64,000 nucleotides of DNA from an uncultured Acidimicrobiia bacterium (GCA_963836205.1 CAWIIV010000012.1:130255-194254), one strand, 5' to 3'; shown: positions 9,870 through 21,932, counted from the first letter of the stretch. Program-made: numbers and translations. The notes: generated from the sequence alone by a model not told the origin.

Positions 9870-10105
9870 CGCCGTGCTCTGGAAAATCTCAGTGCGAGGG
9901 CCGTGAAGTACTCCTACTTGGCCGCCTCCATACGGCGCTGGCGTTCCGCCGGTGAGAGTCGACGGTCGGGATCGACTTCCCGCTCGAAGCGGGCCAAGAA
10001 CGCGTCGCTGTCGCCGCCGCCTTCGTCGTCACGCAGGGGTCATGAGTGGCGTGGAGCTTGTACGCGGCGGCGCGAGCACGAAGGCTCCGGTGGGCGGGCG
10101 TCAGG
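9870..10105 (-). pseudogene. Remnant of a small mobile-element-associated hypothetical protein
   Basis: Minus strand LTPAHRSLRARAAAYKLHATHD, frameshift, then DAFLARFEREVDPDRRLSPAERQRRMEAAK*EYFTALALR; family recognised from memory of actinobacterial integrative elements. Confidence 0.5.
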
Positions 10106-10728
10106 TCGCCGCCTCGGGCGCTCGGTCCGGTCCCCCCTCGATGCCGAGCTCACGCCGCCAACTCCGGTTGGATCGCCAGGGCGATCGGAGGTCACGGCCC
10201 GGAATCCGGTCCGTCGAGTGCCAGCCCTGGTGATTCGAGGTACTGGGGACGGGAAGCGTGCCCGCCGCTCTGCCGATGTCGCTCGACCACGCGGATGCGA
10301 CGTAGCCGATCGCCCCACGGGCGGTGGCGGCGTCACGGCCGGACGGGTCGATGACCCCGCGGGCGAACCGGGAGTGGCGCCGGATAGAGGGATCTTTGAC
10401 GATCGATCCGGTTGCGGAGATGATCCAACGACTGCCCCCGGGCGCCGACGACTCAGCCAACCGTCGCCCTTGAGATCTGATCATGTGAACCGCTTGTTGA
10501 ATCCCAGCGAGGATTCGCGAGAAAGTCCCTTGGGCACGGCAGGCGGAAACCACCGACAAGGCTCGACGAATATGCTTGTCCTCAGCGCCCTCGAGTCGAT
10601 ACGACTCGCGAGCGATACGCTGGGCGACCCACGCCGTCTGTCGCTCTATCCGCAAGAGGCGCAGTGGAATTCGGAAGCATGAGTAGCTTGGCGAGGCCCA
10701 AACCGATCGGCGGTGACGTCAGCTATGC

Positions 10729-11688
10729 TTGCCCCACATGTGTGGCATTACACAAGAGCCGTTCGAGGAGGTCGTAGCGAAATTCGCGATAGTCGCCGCC
10801 GACGGGTCGACCCTCGGCATTCAGATGATGGATCAGACGGCGGGACCGGTTCGGGGCAGCCCGATATGGACGTTGGACGCCCTGAGGGCGGCCGTCCCTC
10901 CGACGGCCTGGCTCGACTCCGATATTATGCTCTTGGCTAAGACATTACGTGTCTACGTCGGCATTGCCGCTCTCCACCTCGGCGGCCTAAGCCGAATTCT
11001 CCGAGCTGGGCCGCCAATCGACCTCCACCCTCTTGTCAGTCTCGTGCGTAGCATTGCAGAAGCCACTGGAAAGGCGTGGTGGCAGGTCGAACCGTGGCTG
11101 GATGACGAGGGCGCAGCGGAGACGCTCCAGCCCGAAGAGTGGGAGCTACGGTCCCGGCCGATTCTGGCCAGGCTCGAGTTGACCCACCTGGACGAACTAT
11201 GAGCGAGGCGGCGACGCGTAGAGGTCTCGAAGGGACGCTCGAGCATGCAGTATGCCGAGGCCGACAAGGCAGTCGCTGCCATGCGCGCCGAACTCGTTCG
11301 GCGACATCCGTCGGGCGGCATGCAGCTTTCGGGAAAACGCAATGTTTGGCGGATCAATGGCGAATGTTTGCCTCCCATCATAGACCTGGTAATCGCTGCC
11401 ACTGAGTACGCGTACGGTCAGCGCACCCGCGGCTCCGGCATCAATCCTTACCCGACGTACTCGGGGTTCGCGCACGCAAGCCTTGAGATCGTGTTAGCTC
11501 ACGCTGGAGTTCGTGACGCCCCTTTATCAATCGCACTCGCCGCCACAGACGAGGAGCTTCGTGGCGTTGTTAGTATCGCGATCCGGACATTCGCCGTTGC
11601 GTACGAGATCGCGGCGTCGGCGCTCGGAAACGATCTCAGTTCTCTGCGATCATGGGAAGCGCGGTGGGAAGGGTTGATCCGCGCATGA
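10729..11688 (+). pseudogene. Lower-GC hypothetical helical protein split by an in-frame TGA at 11200-11202
   Basis: ORFs 10729-11202 and 11245-11688 share a frame and only one stop separates them; atypical codon usage. Confidence 0.5.
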
Positions 11689-11791
11689 CCGATCGCGAGC
11701 CATCTTCCGTATCTGTCCGCATATCGACGTGGGAGGCGTTAGCCTCCTCCTTTAGGGGTTGAAGTACGGGCGACAAGCGTTTGAATATTCA

Positions 11792-13227
11792 GGCTCTCCT
11801 GACCACGATGTGGATCAGGACGCCGCTTTCCAGACCACCCGCTCGTGCGGCAGCTTGATGTCGATGGGCCCGGCATCGAGCATGACGAGGGCCAGGGCCG
11901 CGTCGGCGGAATGGAACCCGTACGCCCTGCGGATGATGAGGCGGACCTTGGTGTTGAAGCCCTCCACCCGGCCGTTGGAGATCCCGTGCTCGACGGCGTT
12001 GAGGATCATCCCCCGACGCTGGCGCATGGTCTTGGCCACCTTGACGAACGGCGCCAGCCGCGATCTCTGGGCTCGGGCGCACCACCGGTCGAGAAGCTCG
12101 CCCGCCTCGTCGCGGGTGAGGTCGCCGGCCAGGATGGCCCGGAACTGCTCCTTCATCTCATAGGCCCGCCACATCCGCCCCGGTTGCGTCGGATGCGCTT
12201 GAGCTGGGCGGCCTGGGTGGTGGTCAGGTCCTCGGGGTTCTTCAGCAGGGCCCACCGGGCTCCCTTGAAGTCCTTGGCCCAGCGGTCGTCGGGAAGCCGG
12301 CGCAGCTGGTTCCACAGGTCCCGGCGGACCTCGTCGAGAGCGTCGCCCACCAGGCACACGAGGTGGAACGGATCGGCGCACACGATGGCCTGGGGAGCGT
12401 GTCCCTCGGCCTTGACGCTCTTGAGGTAGGCCGGGCCCAGATCCATGGAAATGGCGCTGAGCTGGGACGATCGCTCCGGCCCGAGCTCGTCGAAGAAGGC
12501 GTCGAGGGTCTTGGCGTCCTTGCCTTTGGCTCCCCAGACGACCCTGCCCCGGTCGTGGTCGACCACCAGCGTCAGGTAGCGGTGGTGCTTGCGCCAGGAG
12601 ATCTCGTCGACCCCGATGCGGAACAGGCCGTCGAGGCGATGGTCGTCGAGCTCGCTCGCCACCACCCGTTCGCAGGCCCGTCCCACCGTCCGCCACGACA
12701 CCCGGCACAGACGAGCGACCGCCGTGCGGTCCATCCTCGTCGCCAGCCACGCCAGCAGGTCGTCGAGGTCCCGGGTGAGGTTCGCCCCCGGCCGGGCGAA
12801 GGGGACGGCCTCCACCACCACGCCGTGGTCGGGGCAACGAAGACGGCGCAGGCTGGCCCGGACCTCCAGCCGCCAGGTGCCCAGGTCGAGGTGGCGCCAC
12901 CACGACGGCGCCGGCCGGGTGTCGTAGCGGAACCGGGTCTTGAACCCGCAATGGGGGCAGACCAGCCGCCGCCGGCGCAGGGCCACGGTGACGATCACGA
13001 TCGTGGTCAGGAACTCCACGGCGACGACGTTGACGTCGTCGAGCCGAAGGAGGCGCTTGAATGCGGTGGTGACGCGCACGGGTTGAGGACCTCCCGGTTC
13101 AGGGGTGTGAGAAGTCCGTGAACCTTGGCCCGGCCCGTGCGCGTCACGTGGATACCGGAAGACCTGCTCAGCCAGCCACTACACGCCTGCCGGCTCCGAT
13201 CCCATCCACACTTGGGTCAGGAGAGCC
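11792..13227 (-). mobile_element. ISL3-family insertion sequence
   Basis: 24-bp imperfect terminal inverted repeats GGCTCTCCTGACC....TGTGGAT; 8-bp target duplication AATATTCA at 11784-11791 and 13228-13235. Confidence 0.93.
11815..13079 (-). CDS. ISL3 transposase (single frameshift near 12174)
   Basis: CPHCG zinc finger, RIGVDE, SMDL, DPFH, SNGRVEGFNTKVRLIIRRAYGF. Confidence 0.9.
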
Positions 13228-13299
13228 AATATTCAGCGGTAGCGACGGTGGGCGCATGCATTCGGAAGAATTGACGTCTCCCTCACACCTGGAGTGTTA

Positions 13300-14565
13300 G
13301 GGTCCCTGTAGAAACAACTCGCGCGCGGTAGGCTGTCCGTGTGGAGTTCACCGAGGATGCGCTGGCGGACGCCTTCTCGGTGGTGCTGCCGCACCTCGAC
13401 GAACGCCAGCGCCGGATCCTGACCGGCGCCATGGCCCGGGCGCTGGGGCGGGGCGGCGTGGCCGCGGTGGCCCGGGCGGCAGAGATGTCCCGCTCCACGG
13501 TGCAGACGGCGGCGAACGAGGTCGATGCCGGGATCGTCCCCTCGGTCCGGGTTCGTCGCCCGGGCGGGGGCCGCAAGAAGGCGATCGACAAAGGACCCGA
13601 ACCTGTTGCTCGAGCTCGACGATCTGGTCTCGCCCGACACCCGGGGCGACCCCATGTCGCCGCTGCGCTGGACGCTCAAGTCGACCCGGGTCCTGGCCGA
13701 GGCCTTGCAGGCCAAGGGCTTCGAGATCAGCGCCAGCCTGGTCGGTCAGCTGTTGCACAAGATGGGCTACTCCCTGCAGGCCACGGCCAAGGTCACCGAG
13801 GGAGCCCAGCACCCCGACCGCAACGGCCAGTTCGAGTACCTCAACGCCCGGGTGAAGGAGTTCCTGGCTGCCGGAGCACCGGTGATCTCGGTCGACACGA
13901 AGAAGAAAGAGCTGGTGGGCAGCTACGCCAACGGTGGCCGGGAGTGGCAGCCCGAAGGTGAGCCGACCCGAGTCGACGTGCATGACTTCCCCGATCCGCA
14001 GATGCCCAAGGCCGTCCCCTACGGCGTGTACGACCTCGGTGCCGACGAGGGCTGGGTCAACGTGGGCGACGACGGCGACACCGCCAAGTTCGCGGTGGAG
14101 TCGATCCGGCGGTGGTGGTATCGCATGGGAAAGCCGCGCTACCCGGAGGCGAAGAAGCTGCTGATCACCGCCGATGCCGGCGGGTCCAACGGCTACCGGG
14201 TACGGGCGTGGAAGACCGAGATGGGCCTCCTGGCGGCCGAGACTGGTCTCGAGATCACCGTCTGCCACTACCCGCCGGGGACCTCGAAATGGAATCGCAT
14301 CGAGCACCGGCTGTTCAGCTTCATCACCATGAACTGGAGGGGCAAGCCTCTCACCACCTACCGGACCATCGTCGAGCTCATCGCCAACACCACCACCAGC
14401 AAGGGCCTCACCGTCCAGGCCGACAGGGACGAGGGCTACTACCCCCGAGGCGTCAAGGTCACCGACGAGCAACTCGCCGCCGTGCCGCTGCGCCCACACG
14501 ATTGGCATGGCGAATGGAACTACACCGTGGCGACGTCACCGACCAAGTAGTTCCTACACAGGGCC
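13300..14565 (+). mobile_element. ISAzo13-family insertion sequence
   Basis: Imperfect 20-bp inverted ends (GGGTCCCTGTAGAAACAACT vs GGCCCTGTGTAGGAACTACT); TTA on both flanks (13297-13299 and 14566-14568). Confidence 0.85.
13341..14550 (+). CDS. ISAzo13 (Rhodopirellula-type) transposase, frameshift near 13590
   Basis: LDERQRR, RRPGGGRKK, RGDPMSPLRWT, ISVDTKKKELVG, ADAGGSN, PPGTSKWNRIEHRLFS, HGEWNY. Confidence 0.9.
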
Positions 14566-14587
14566 TTAGCTTCTTTGGGAGAGGATC

Positions 14588-14734
14588 ATGCCCGGGCCGG
14601 CGGCGGCGCGCATGCGGGACCGGCTCGTCCATCACTACTACTTCGACATCGACCTCGACGTCCTCTGGAGAACTGTCACGGAGGAGCTACCGGCGCTGCT
14701 GGACGTGCTTGCCGAGACGGACAACGAGGGCTGA
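14588..14734 (+). pseudogene. C-terminal fragment of a HepT/DUF86 HEPN ribonuclease toxin
   Basis: AARMRDRLVHHYYFDIDLDVLWRTVTEELPALL contains the HEPN Rx4H motif; N-terminus absent. Confidence 0.75.
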
Positions 14735-14824
14735 CTCCGCTTCTGGCGCCGATGGTGAGCCGGGTGGAGGCGGGCGGCTCGCAGTATCTACGCTCCTGGC
14801 TTTGGGCCCCGGTGCCTGCCGGGC

Positions 14825-15106
14825 GTGGCAGGGGGAGTGGGCTTGGGAATTCGCGGGGGGACGACGCTGGCGCAGGTCGTGGGCATGGCCGCACACCTGG
14901 CGGTCGGGGTTTTCTACCTGGCCATCGGGCTGGTCGTGCCCGGGCTGGTCATCCCCTTCTTCTGGGCGTTTTGGATCCTGCTGGCCGTGCTGGCGGTGAA
15001 GCACCGCCACGATGCGCGGTGGGTCCTGGCCACGCCGGTGGTGGCGGCGGTTGCGCTCTTCGTGGCGGTGTCGGTGGGGGAGGCAGTCTTCGGCTGGACT
15101 GCCTAG
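14825..15106 (+). CDS. Small integral membrane protein (about 3 TM)
   Basis: Hydrophobic ORF; stop overlaps the convergent gene; start uncertain. Confidence 0.6.
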   Translation: MAGGVGLGIRGGTTLAQVVGMAAHLAVGVFYLAIGLVVPGLVIPFFWAFWILLAVLAVKHRHDARWVLATPVVAAVALFVAVSVGEAVFGWTA

Positions 15107-15768
15107 CCCGCCTTGGGCGTGAGCGGACGGTAGAGGAGCACCCGCCAGCCGCCGCTGGCCCTGTCCGAGGGGATGAAGTCGGGAAACAGCTTGAGGAAGC
15201 GGCATCCCGTGAGGCGCCGGTACATGGCCAGGGCGGGGTCGTGGAGGAACTCGTCGTCGGCCGGCATGGTGCCCGTCTCCAGGAACCGATCGATCATGCG
15301 CCGGGTCTGGGGACGGGCCTTGACCTGGGCGCTCCCGTTGAACGAGGGCAGTTGTCCGTCGGCCACTGCGTGCCTCAGGCCCACGGCCTCGCCCCGCCCG
15401 AAAGCCGATTCGATCAGATCCCGGACGAGGACGACCTGGCGGGCAGTGGGGAGGACGCCCAGGCTGTAGATGCAGACGGCGTTGGCGTCGGGCGGCACCG
15501 GCTGGTGGGAGTGGGCCGTGAACGTCGTCGGGTAGTCCGACGGGTCCTCGGGCGAGAAGCGGATGAACGAGAACGAGATCTGGCCGACCAGCCGTCCCGC
15601 CTCTTCGGGGCTGGTCAGGCGGGCCACCAGCATGTGGTGGCCGAGGGCGAAGCGGGCCAGCACGGTCTCTCGGCTGGCCTGCAGCTGGGGGTTGAAGGCC
15701 TTGACCTCCAACTCCATGATGCGGTCGACGTCGGCCGGCCCCGCGGCCACGATCTCGTAGTCACTCAT
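15103..15768 (-). CDS. GNAT-like acyltransferase
   Basis: DVDRIMELE..AF, IYSLGVLP.AR, C-terminal DP.L...P.F.P.D..S.G..VL pattern. Confidence 0.65.
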   Translation of the reverse strand: MSDYEIVAAGPADVDRIMELEVKAFNPQLQASRETVLARFALGHHMLVARLTSPEEAGRLVGQISFSFIRFSPEDPSDYPTTFTAHSHQPVPPDANAVCIYSLGVLPTARQVVLVRDLIESAFGRGEAVGLRHAVADGQLPSFNGSAQVKARPQTRRMIDRFLETGTMPADDEFLHDPALAMYRRLTGCRFLKLFPDFIPSDRASGGWRVLLYRPLTPKAG

Positions 15769-15778
15769 TTCGGCTCGC

Positions 15779-17182
15779 TCACACCAGCTCCGACCGGAAG
15801 TCCTCGAACTTGCCGCCCTTGCTGCGGGGGACCTCGGCCACGTAGGTGAACGTCACGTCGAAGCGGTGGCCGAGGGTGGCGGCCAGGTAGCCCCGCATGA
15901 CGTCCTCCTCGTCCGGCCCGAGGGCGCGGGGGCAGACCAGCAGCACCTCGAGCGCGGTGAGACTGCTCTGGATCACCTGGAACTGTTGCAGCGGCGGCAG
16001 GTCGGGTCCGCCGGCGGAAGTGAACTCGGCCGGGTCCCGGAGGTTGGGCCAGCGCTGGTCGCCGTCGGGGAGGGTCAACATGTTGCGCTGGCGGCCGAGC
16101 ACGCGCGCCAGCACCGGCAGGCCCCGCCCGCACGGGCACGGCTCGCCCACCTCGGCGAAGTCGCCCAGCTCGTAGCGGAGCAGGGGCGTGGCGAAGTTGT
16201 GGAGGGTCGTCACCAGCACCCGTCCCACCTGCCCCGGCGAGCACGGCCGGCCCTCGTCGTCGACGATCTCCACCAGCAGGTTCTCCGCCTGCACGTGGTA
16301 GTGGTCGTGCTCGGGGCACTGGAGGGCGATGTAGCCCACCTCCTGGCTGGAGTACATGTCGACCAGGGGTACGTCCCAGGCGACCCGGCAGGCGTCCCGG
16401 GTCCGGGGCTCCAGGACCTCCCCGAACGTCCGCACTTCGAGCAGCCCCGGCAGCGCCTCCCCCCGCTCGGAGAAGTGGCGGGCCAGGGCGACCACGTTGG
16501 ACGGGTAGGTGAGCAGGTACCCGGGTTGCTCCCGGGCCAGCCAGGCCGCCTGTTCCCGCACCGTGCGGTCGATGTCGAGGGTGGCGGCGGGGCCGGTGCG
16601 CAACACGCCGTCGGTGGCCGATCCCCAGTTGGCGGACGTGGCGCCGTCGACGGGAGGGGCGGCGGCGAGGGTGAACTGACGGACGACGGCCAGCTTGCGG
16701 GCGAAGTCCCGCCCGTGCCAGAGGTGGTCGCGGATCGTGAGCGCGGCCCAGAAGAGCTGGGTGAGGGCGGTACCCACCGTCTGCACCGGGCGCCCGGTGG
16801 ACCCGGACGTCATCAGCGTGAACTGGGTGCCGTGCGTGGCCGGGACGGCACTGCTGCGGACGGCGTCGCCCGCCTCCTGGAGCTCCGATCGGCGGAGGAC
16901 GGGCATCCGTCCCCACTGCTCGGCGGTCAGCGGCTGGCCCTTCGACCAGCCCATCTCCTGCAGTCGGGGCCCGTAGAACGGCACCGTCGCCGCCGCGTGC
17001 TCGACGACCGCAGCCAGCTGGCCCAGTTGGTGGCGGTGCATGGCCTCGGCCGGCCACCACTGCGACTGTTCGAGCTGGTAAAGCAGGCTGAAGACGAGCG
17101 CGGGCCGCACGTCGGGGACGACGGGCCAGCCGATCCCGGTCATCGTCGTCTCGATCGGGGGCACGGCGGGGGCGGGCGTCAC
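15779..17182 (-). CDS. Phenylacetate-CoA ligase (PaaK)-like adenylate-forming enzyme
   Basis: VPFY, TSGSTGRP, YSSQE, PLLRYELGD, CPCGRGLP, GKF; start uncertain (GTG at 17182 or a Met a few codons later). Confidence 0.85.
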   Translation of the reverse strand: MTPAPAVPPIETTMTGIGWPVVPDVRPALVFSLLYQLEQSQWWPAEAMHRHQLGQLAAVVEHAAATVPFYGPRLQEMGWSKGQPLTAEQWGRMPVLRRSELQEAGDAVRSSAVPATHGTQFTLMTSGSTGRPVQTVGTALTQLFWAALTIRDHLWHGRDFARKLAVVRQFTLAAAPPVDGATSANWGSATDGVLRTGPAATLDIDRTVREQAAWLAREQPGYLLTYPSNVVALARHFSERGEALPGLLEVRTFGEVLEPRTRDACRVAWDVPLVDMYSSQEVGYIALQCPEHDHYHVQAENLLVEIVDDEGRPCSPGQVGRVLVTTLHNFATPLLRYELGDFAEVGEPCPCGRGLPVLARVLGRQRNMLTLPDGDQRWPNLRDPAEFTSAGGPDLPPLQQFQVIQSSLTALEVLLVCPRALGPDEEDVMRGYLAATLGHRFDVTFTYVAEVPRSKGGKFEDFRSELV

Positions 17183-17338
17183 GTCAGGTCGAAGGCGTCG
17201 GGGAGGGCAACCGCGGGAGGTTACGTCGGCCGGGGGGACAGAAAACACGTCATTGACCAGGGCGGCGAACGTCTTTACCCTTCCCCGGGACTCGCCAAAC
17301 CGGGTCCGGCGGGATTTTTTCGGGGGTCCCTCACACCA

Positions 17339-17968
17339 ATGCGTCGAAGCAAGCTCCGTCCGCCCGGAATCAGGGCCAACGGAATCAGGGCCAGTGGTCG
17401 CGTGCACTACGAGGTGGCGGCCGTCGCCGCCGTGCTCGGCCTGGCCGTCTTCGGGCGTCCTCTCCTCGCCGGGGGACAGCCGGCGGACGAGGCCTTCGTC
17501 GTCCCTGCCGCCGCGGCCCTGATCGCCTCGCCCGCCCCGCCCCCCGCGGCACCGGCCGCCGCCCCGTCGCCCCCGGCCGCCGCGCCCGCGATCGACCCTC
17601 TCGCCTGGTTCGTCCCCGGGGGTCGCAACGGCGGCACCGAGAACCTGGCTGCGGCCCTGGCCAACATCGCCCTGGAGGGCAACGCCCCCCTCTACCTCAG
17701 CGACGGATGGGGCCGGACGTGGGGCTCGTCGACGTCCGACCACTACGGCGGCAACACCACCGCCTGGGCCGCCGACCTGGCCGTGCGGGGAATCCAGCGG
17801 CCGACGCCCCAGACGGAGGAGGCGGCCCGGCGGGTGGCGGCCGCCCTCGGCCAGCCCGGGTGGACCGGTGGCGACCTCAAGGTGACGATCCAGGGCTACC
17901 GGTTCCAGGTCCTGTGGAAAGTCGCCGGTCATTTCAACCACGTCCACGTCGGCGTCAAGAAGGTCTGA
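17339..17968 (+). CDS. Exported protein with Pro/Ala linker and putative LAS/M15-like zinc peptidase domain
   Basis: N-terminal TM, SDH...AAD and HFNHVHV motifs. Confidence 0.6.
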   Translation: MRRSKLRPPGIRANGIRASGRVHYEVAAVAAVLGLAVFGRPLLAGGQPADEAFVVPAAAALIASPAPPPAAPAAAPSPPAAAPAIDPLAWFVPGGRNGGTENLAAALANIALEGNAPLYLSDGWGRTWGSSTSDHYGGNTTAWAADLAVRGIQRPTPQTEEAARRVAAALGQPGWTGGDLKVTIQGYRFQVLWKVAGHFNHVHVGVKKV

Positions 17969-18020
17969 GCCCGCCCGGCATCCCTGGGTACCCCGCCGGG
18001 CCGCCTACACTTCTAAGCCC

Positions 18021-19391
18021 GTGAAGACCACCGTCGAACCCCTCGAGGGCAACAAGGTCAAGCTTTCCGTCGAGGTCGACGAGGGCGAGTTCAGCGACGC
18101 CATCGACGCCGCCTTCCGAAAGATCGCCCGCCAGGTGCGAATTCCGGGCTTCCGGCCCGGAAAGGCGCCCCGCCAGATCATCGAGGCCCGGGTCGGGCTC
18201 GACGCCGCCCGCCAGGAGGCGCTGAGCGATTCGCTCCCCGGCTTCTACGAGCGGGCGCTCAAGGAGAACGACATCGAGGCCATCGCCGCGCCCGACATCG
18301 ACATCACGTCGGGCCGGGAGTCGGGGCCGATCATGTTCGACGCGGTGGTCGAGATCATGCCGACGGTGCAGGTGGCGGGCTACCAGGGGCTGAAGGTGGT
18401 GCTCCCCGGGTTCACCGTCACCGACGAGAACATCGACGGCAAGCTCGAGATGATGCGCGACAAGTACGGCGAGCTCGTTCCCGTCGCCCGCGCCGCCCGC
18501 GACGGCGACTACGTGTCGATGGACCGCAAGCTCTATCGCCACGACGAGACGATCATGGCCGCCGAGGACGAGCTCTACCAGGTCGGTTCCAGCACCGCCG
18601 GCAACGACCTCGACAGCAACCTGCGGGGCGCCCGGGCGGGCGACATCCTCAAGTTCAACGTCGAGCACCCCGACCCCGCCATCGGCGAGGTCACGTTCCA
18701 GGTGCTGGTCAAGGAGGTCAAGGAGAAGGTCCTCCCCGAGGTCACCGACGAGTGGGCCCTCGAAGCGTGGGAGCTCGATTCGGTGGAGGAGCTCCGCAAG
18801 GACATCCGCTACCAGCTCGAGGCGGTGAAGAAGGTGGAGAACGCCTTCGTGATGCGGGGCCGCGTGGTGGAGGCGCTGGTCGAGCTGGTCGACGAGGACA
18901 TCCCCGAGGCGCTGGTGTCGGCCGAGCTCGAGCACCGCCTGCGGGGCCTCATCCAGAAGGTCACCAAGGAAGGCCTCGACCTCGGCGCCTGGCTCCAGGC
19001 CACCGGCCGCACCCAGGAAGACGTGATCCTCGAGCTGCGCAACGACTCGGTGGCCGCGGCCAAGCTCGACCTGGCCCTGAAGGCCATCGCCGAGCTGGAG
19101 AACATCGACGTCGACGACGCCGAGATCGACGCCGAGATCGCCCGGCTGGCCGAGAAGACGGGCAAAAAGGCCGCCGCCATGCGCCGCGACCTCGACGGCG
19201 CAGGCAGTTTGCCCGCGGTACGCTCGGATCTCAGGAAGTCAAAGGCCCTGGAATGGCTGATCGGCCAGACCGAGTACGTCGACGAGGAAGGTCAACCCGT
19301 CGACCGCTCGCACCTGTTCCCGCCGGACGCCGAGCCAGACCCCGAGGCTGACGCCGCGCAGGAAAGCCCAGAAGCGATCGAGGCCCAGTGA
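18021..19391 (+). CDS. tig: Trigger factor
   Basis: [10 protein letters not shown] signature; upstream of clpP-clpX. Confidence 0.95.
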   Translation: MKTTVEPLEGNKVKLSVEVDEGEFSDAIDAAFRKIARQVRIPGFRPGKAPRQIIEARVGLDAARQEALSDSLPGFYERALKENDIEAIAAPDIDITSGRESGPIMFDAVVEIMPTVQVAGYQGLKVVLPGFTVTDENIDGKLEMMRDKYGELVPVARAARDGDYVSMDRKLYRHDETIMAAEDELYQVGSSTAGNDLDSNLRGARAGDILKFNVEHPDPAIGEVTFQVLVKEVKEKVLPEVTDEWALEAWELDSVEELRKDIRYQLEAVKKVENAFVMRGRVVEALVELVDEDIPEALVSAELEHRLRGLIQKVTKEGLDLGAWLQATGRTQEDVILELRNDSVAAAKLDLALKAIAELENIDVDDAEIDAEIARLAEKTGKKAAAMRRDLDGAGSLPAVRSDLRKSKALEWLIGQTEYVDEEGQPVDRSHLFPPDAEPDPEADAAQESPEAIEAQ

Positions 19392-19416
19392 ACAAGGTCC
19401 CAACCGAGAAGGTGCA

Positions 19417-20052
19417 GTGACTCAGCCGATTCTGAACTACCTCGTCCCCACCGTCATCGAGCAGACGAACCGCGGGGAGCGGGCCTTCGACATCTACTCC
19501 CGGCTGCTCAAGGAGCGCATCATCTTCCTGGGCACCCCCATCGACGACACCGTGGCCAACCTGATCATGGCCCAGCTGCTGCACCTCGAGTCGGAAGACT
19601 CCGACAAGGACATCAACCTCTACATCAACTCGCCGGGCGGCGAGATCACCGGGTTGTTCGCCATCTATGACACCATGCAGTTCATCAAGCCCGACATCGC
19701 CACCTACTGCATGGGGCAGGCGGCGTCGGCGGCAGCGGTCCTTCTCGCCGCCGGCACCAAGGGCAAGCGTCACGCCCTGCCGCACTCCCGGATCCTGCTC
19801 CACCAGCCGTACAGCGGCGCCGGTGGCCAGGCCTCCGACATCGAGATCCAGGCCCGGGAGATCACCCGCATGCGGGAGCTCCTCGAGTCGGTCGTCGCGC
19901 ACCACACCGGACAAACCCTCGAGCGGGTCAACAAGGACACCGACCGCGACTTCATCTTGAGCGCGGACGAAGCGAAGGCGTACGGAATCATCGACGAGGT
20001 GATCGCGACCCGCGAACTGAACCCAGTTCCCCAGGTCGCGGGCGTCAGCTAG
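19417..20052 (+). CDS. clpP: ATP-dependent Clp protease proteolytic subunit
   Basis: [34 protein letters not shown]. Confidence 0.97.
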   Translation: MTQPILNYLVPTVIEQTNRGERAFDIYSRLLKERIIFLGTPIDDTVANLIMAQLLHLESEDSDKDINLYINSPGGEITGLFAIYDTMQFIKPDIATYCMGQAASAAAVLLAAGTKGKRHALPHSRILLHQPYSGAGGQASDIEIQAREITRMRELLESVVAHHTGQTLERVNKDTDRDFILSADEAKAYGIIDEVIATRELNPVPQVAGVS

Positions 20053-20085
20053 AACTGTCAAGCCAGGCTTTAGGGGGTCTTCGGA

Positions 20086-21365
<1,280 letters not shown>

Positions 21366-21369
<4 letters not shown>

Positions 21370-21932
21370 CCCACCGTCTCCCGGTGCAGGAGCGAGCGGA
21401 GCCTCGCCAACCGCGGGTACATGCTCGGCCCGCCCAGGGCGACGAGCAGCTCCTCGATGATCTCGACGTCGAGATCGGGCCGGGCGGTGGCGACGGCGGC
21501 CAGGTCGACCCAATCCTTCGGACGGCCGTAGGACAGCTTGAACAGGCAAAGGTCCTCCGCACCGAGGAAGGGGAGGACGTCGTCGCCCCGCCCGAAGGGC
21601 CGTTGGACCCGGCGCCCTTCGATCTCGCGGTAGCGCTCGTCGAGGGCGGGGAAGACGTCGACCGGGAAGGGATCCTCAGCGTGCTCGAAGCGGATACCGG
21701 CGATCGGCGGCTGGTCGTCGGCTGGGCCTTCCTCCGGACGTAGCCCGAGCCGCGCCAGTGCCTTGACGACCCGATCGAGCGAGGTCGGGGGCAGGAACAC
21801 ATTCACGTCGATGTCGACGGTTCCTCGGGGCTCGGCCACGTAGGCCAGAGCCAGGGCTCCCCCGAAGGCATGGCTCACGCCGGCCTCGTCGAGGTGCCGG
21901 TGGACGGCGATGATGAGGTCGACCAGGCCCAT
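21366..21932 (-). CDS. Nucleotidyltransferase-fold protein (putative toxin-antitoxin component)
   Basis: GGALAL...[22 protein letters not shown]. Confidence 0.8.

Noticed and set aside
10369-10381. GGGAGTGGCGC match to the tRNA-Pro 5' end as a possible second att site
   Set aside because: Only about 11 bp, GC-rich and in inverted orientation; likely chance.
10101-10682. 184-aa and 259-aa ORFs in the island
   Set aside because: No motifs or coding-like bias; probably degraded sequence.
11200-11202. Selenocysteine recoding of the in-frame TGA
   Set aside because: No redox motif context or evident SECIS; a nonsense mutation is simpler.
17190-17338. c-di-AMP (ydaO) riboswitch upstream of the putative cell-wall peptidase
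   Set aside because: Some pairing potential, but the conserved ydaO sequence blocks are not recognisable.
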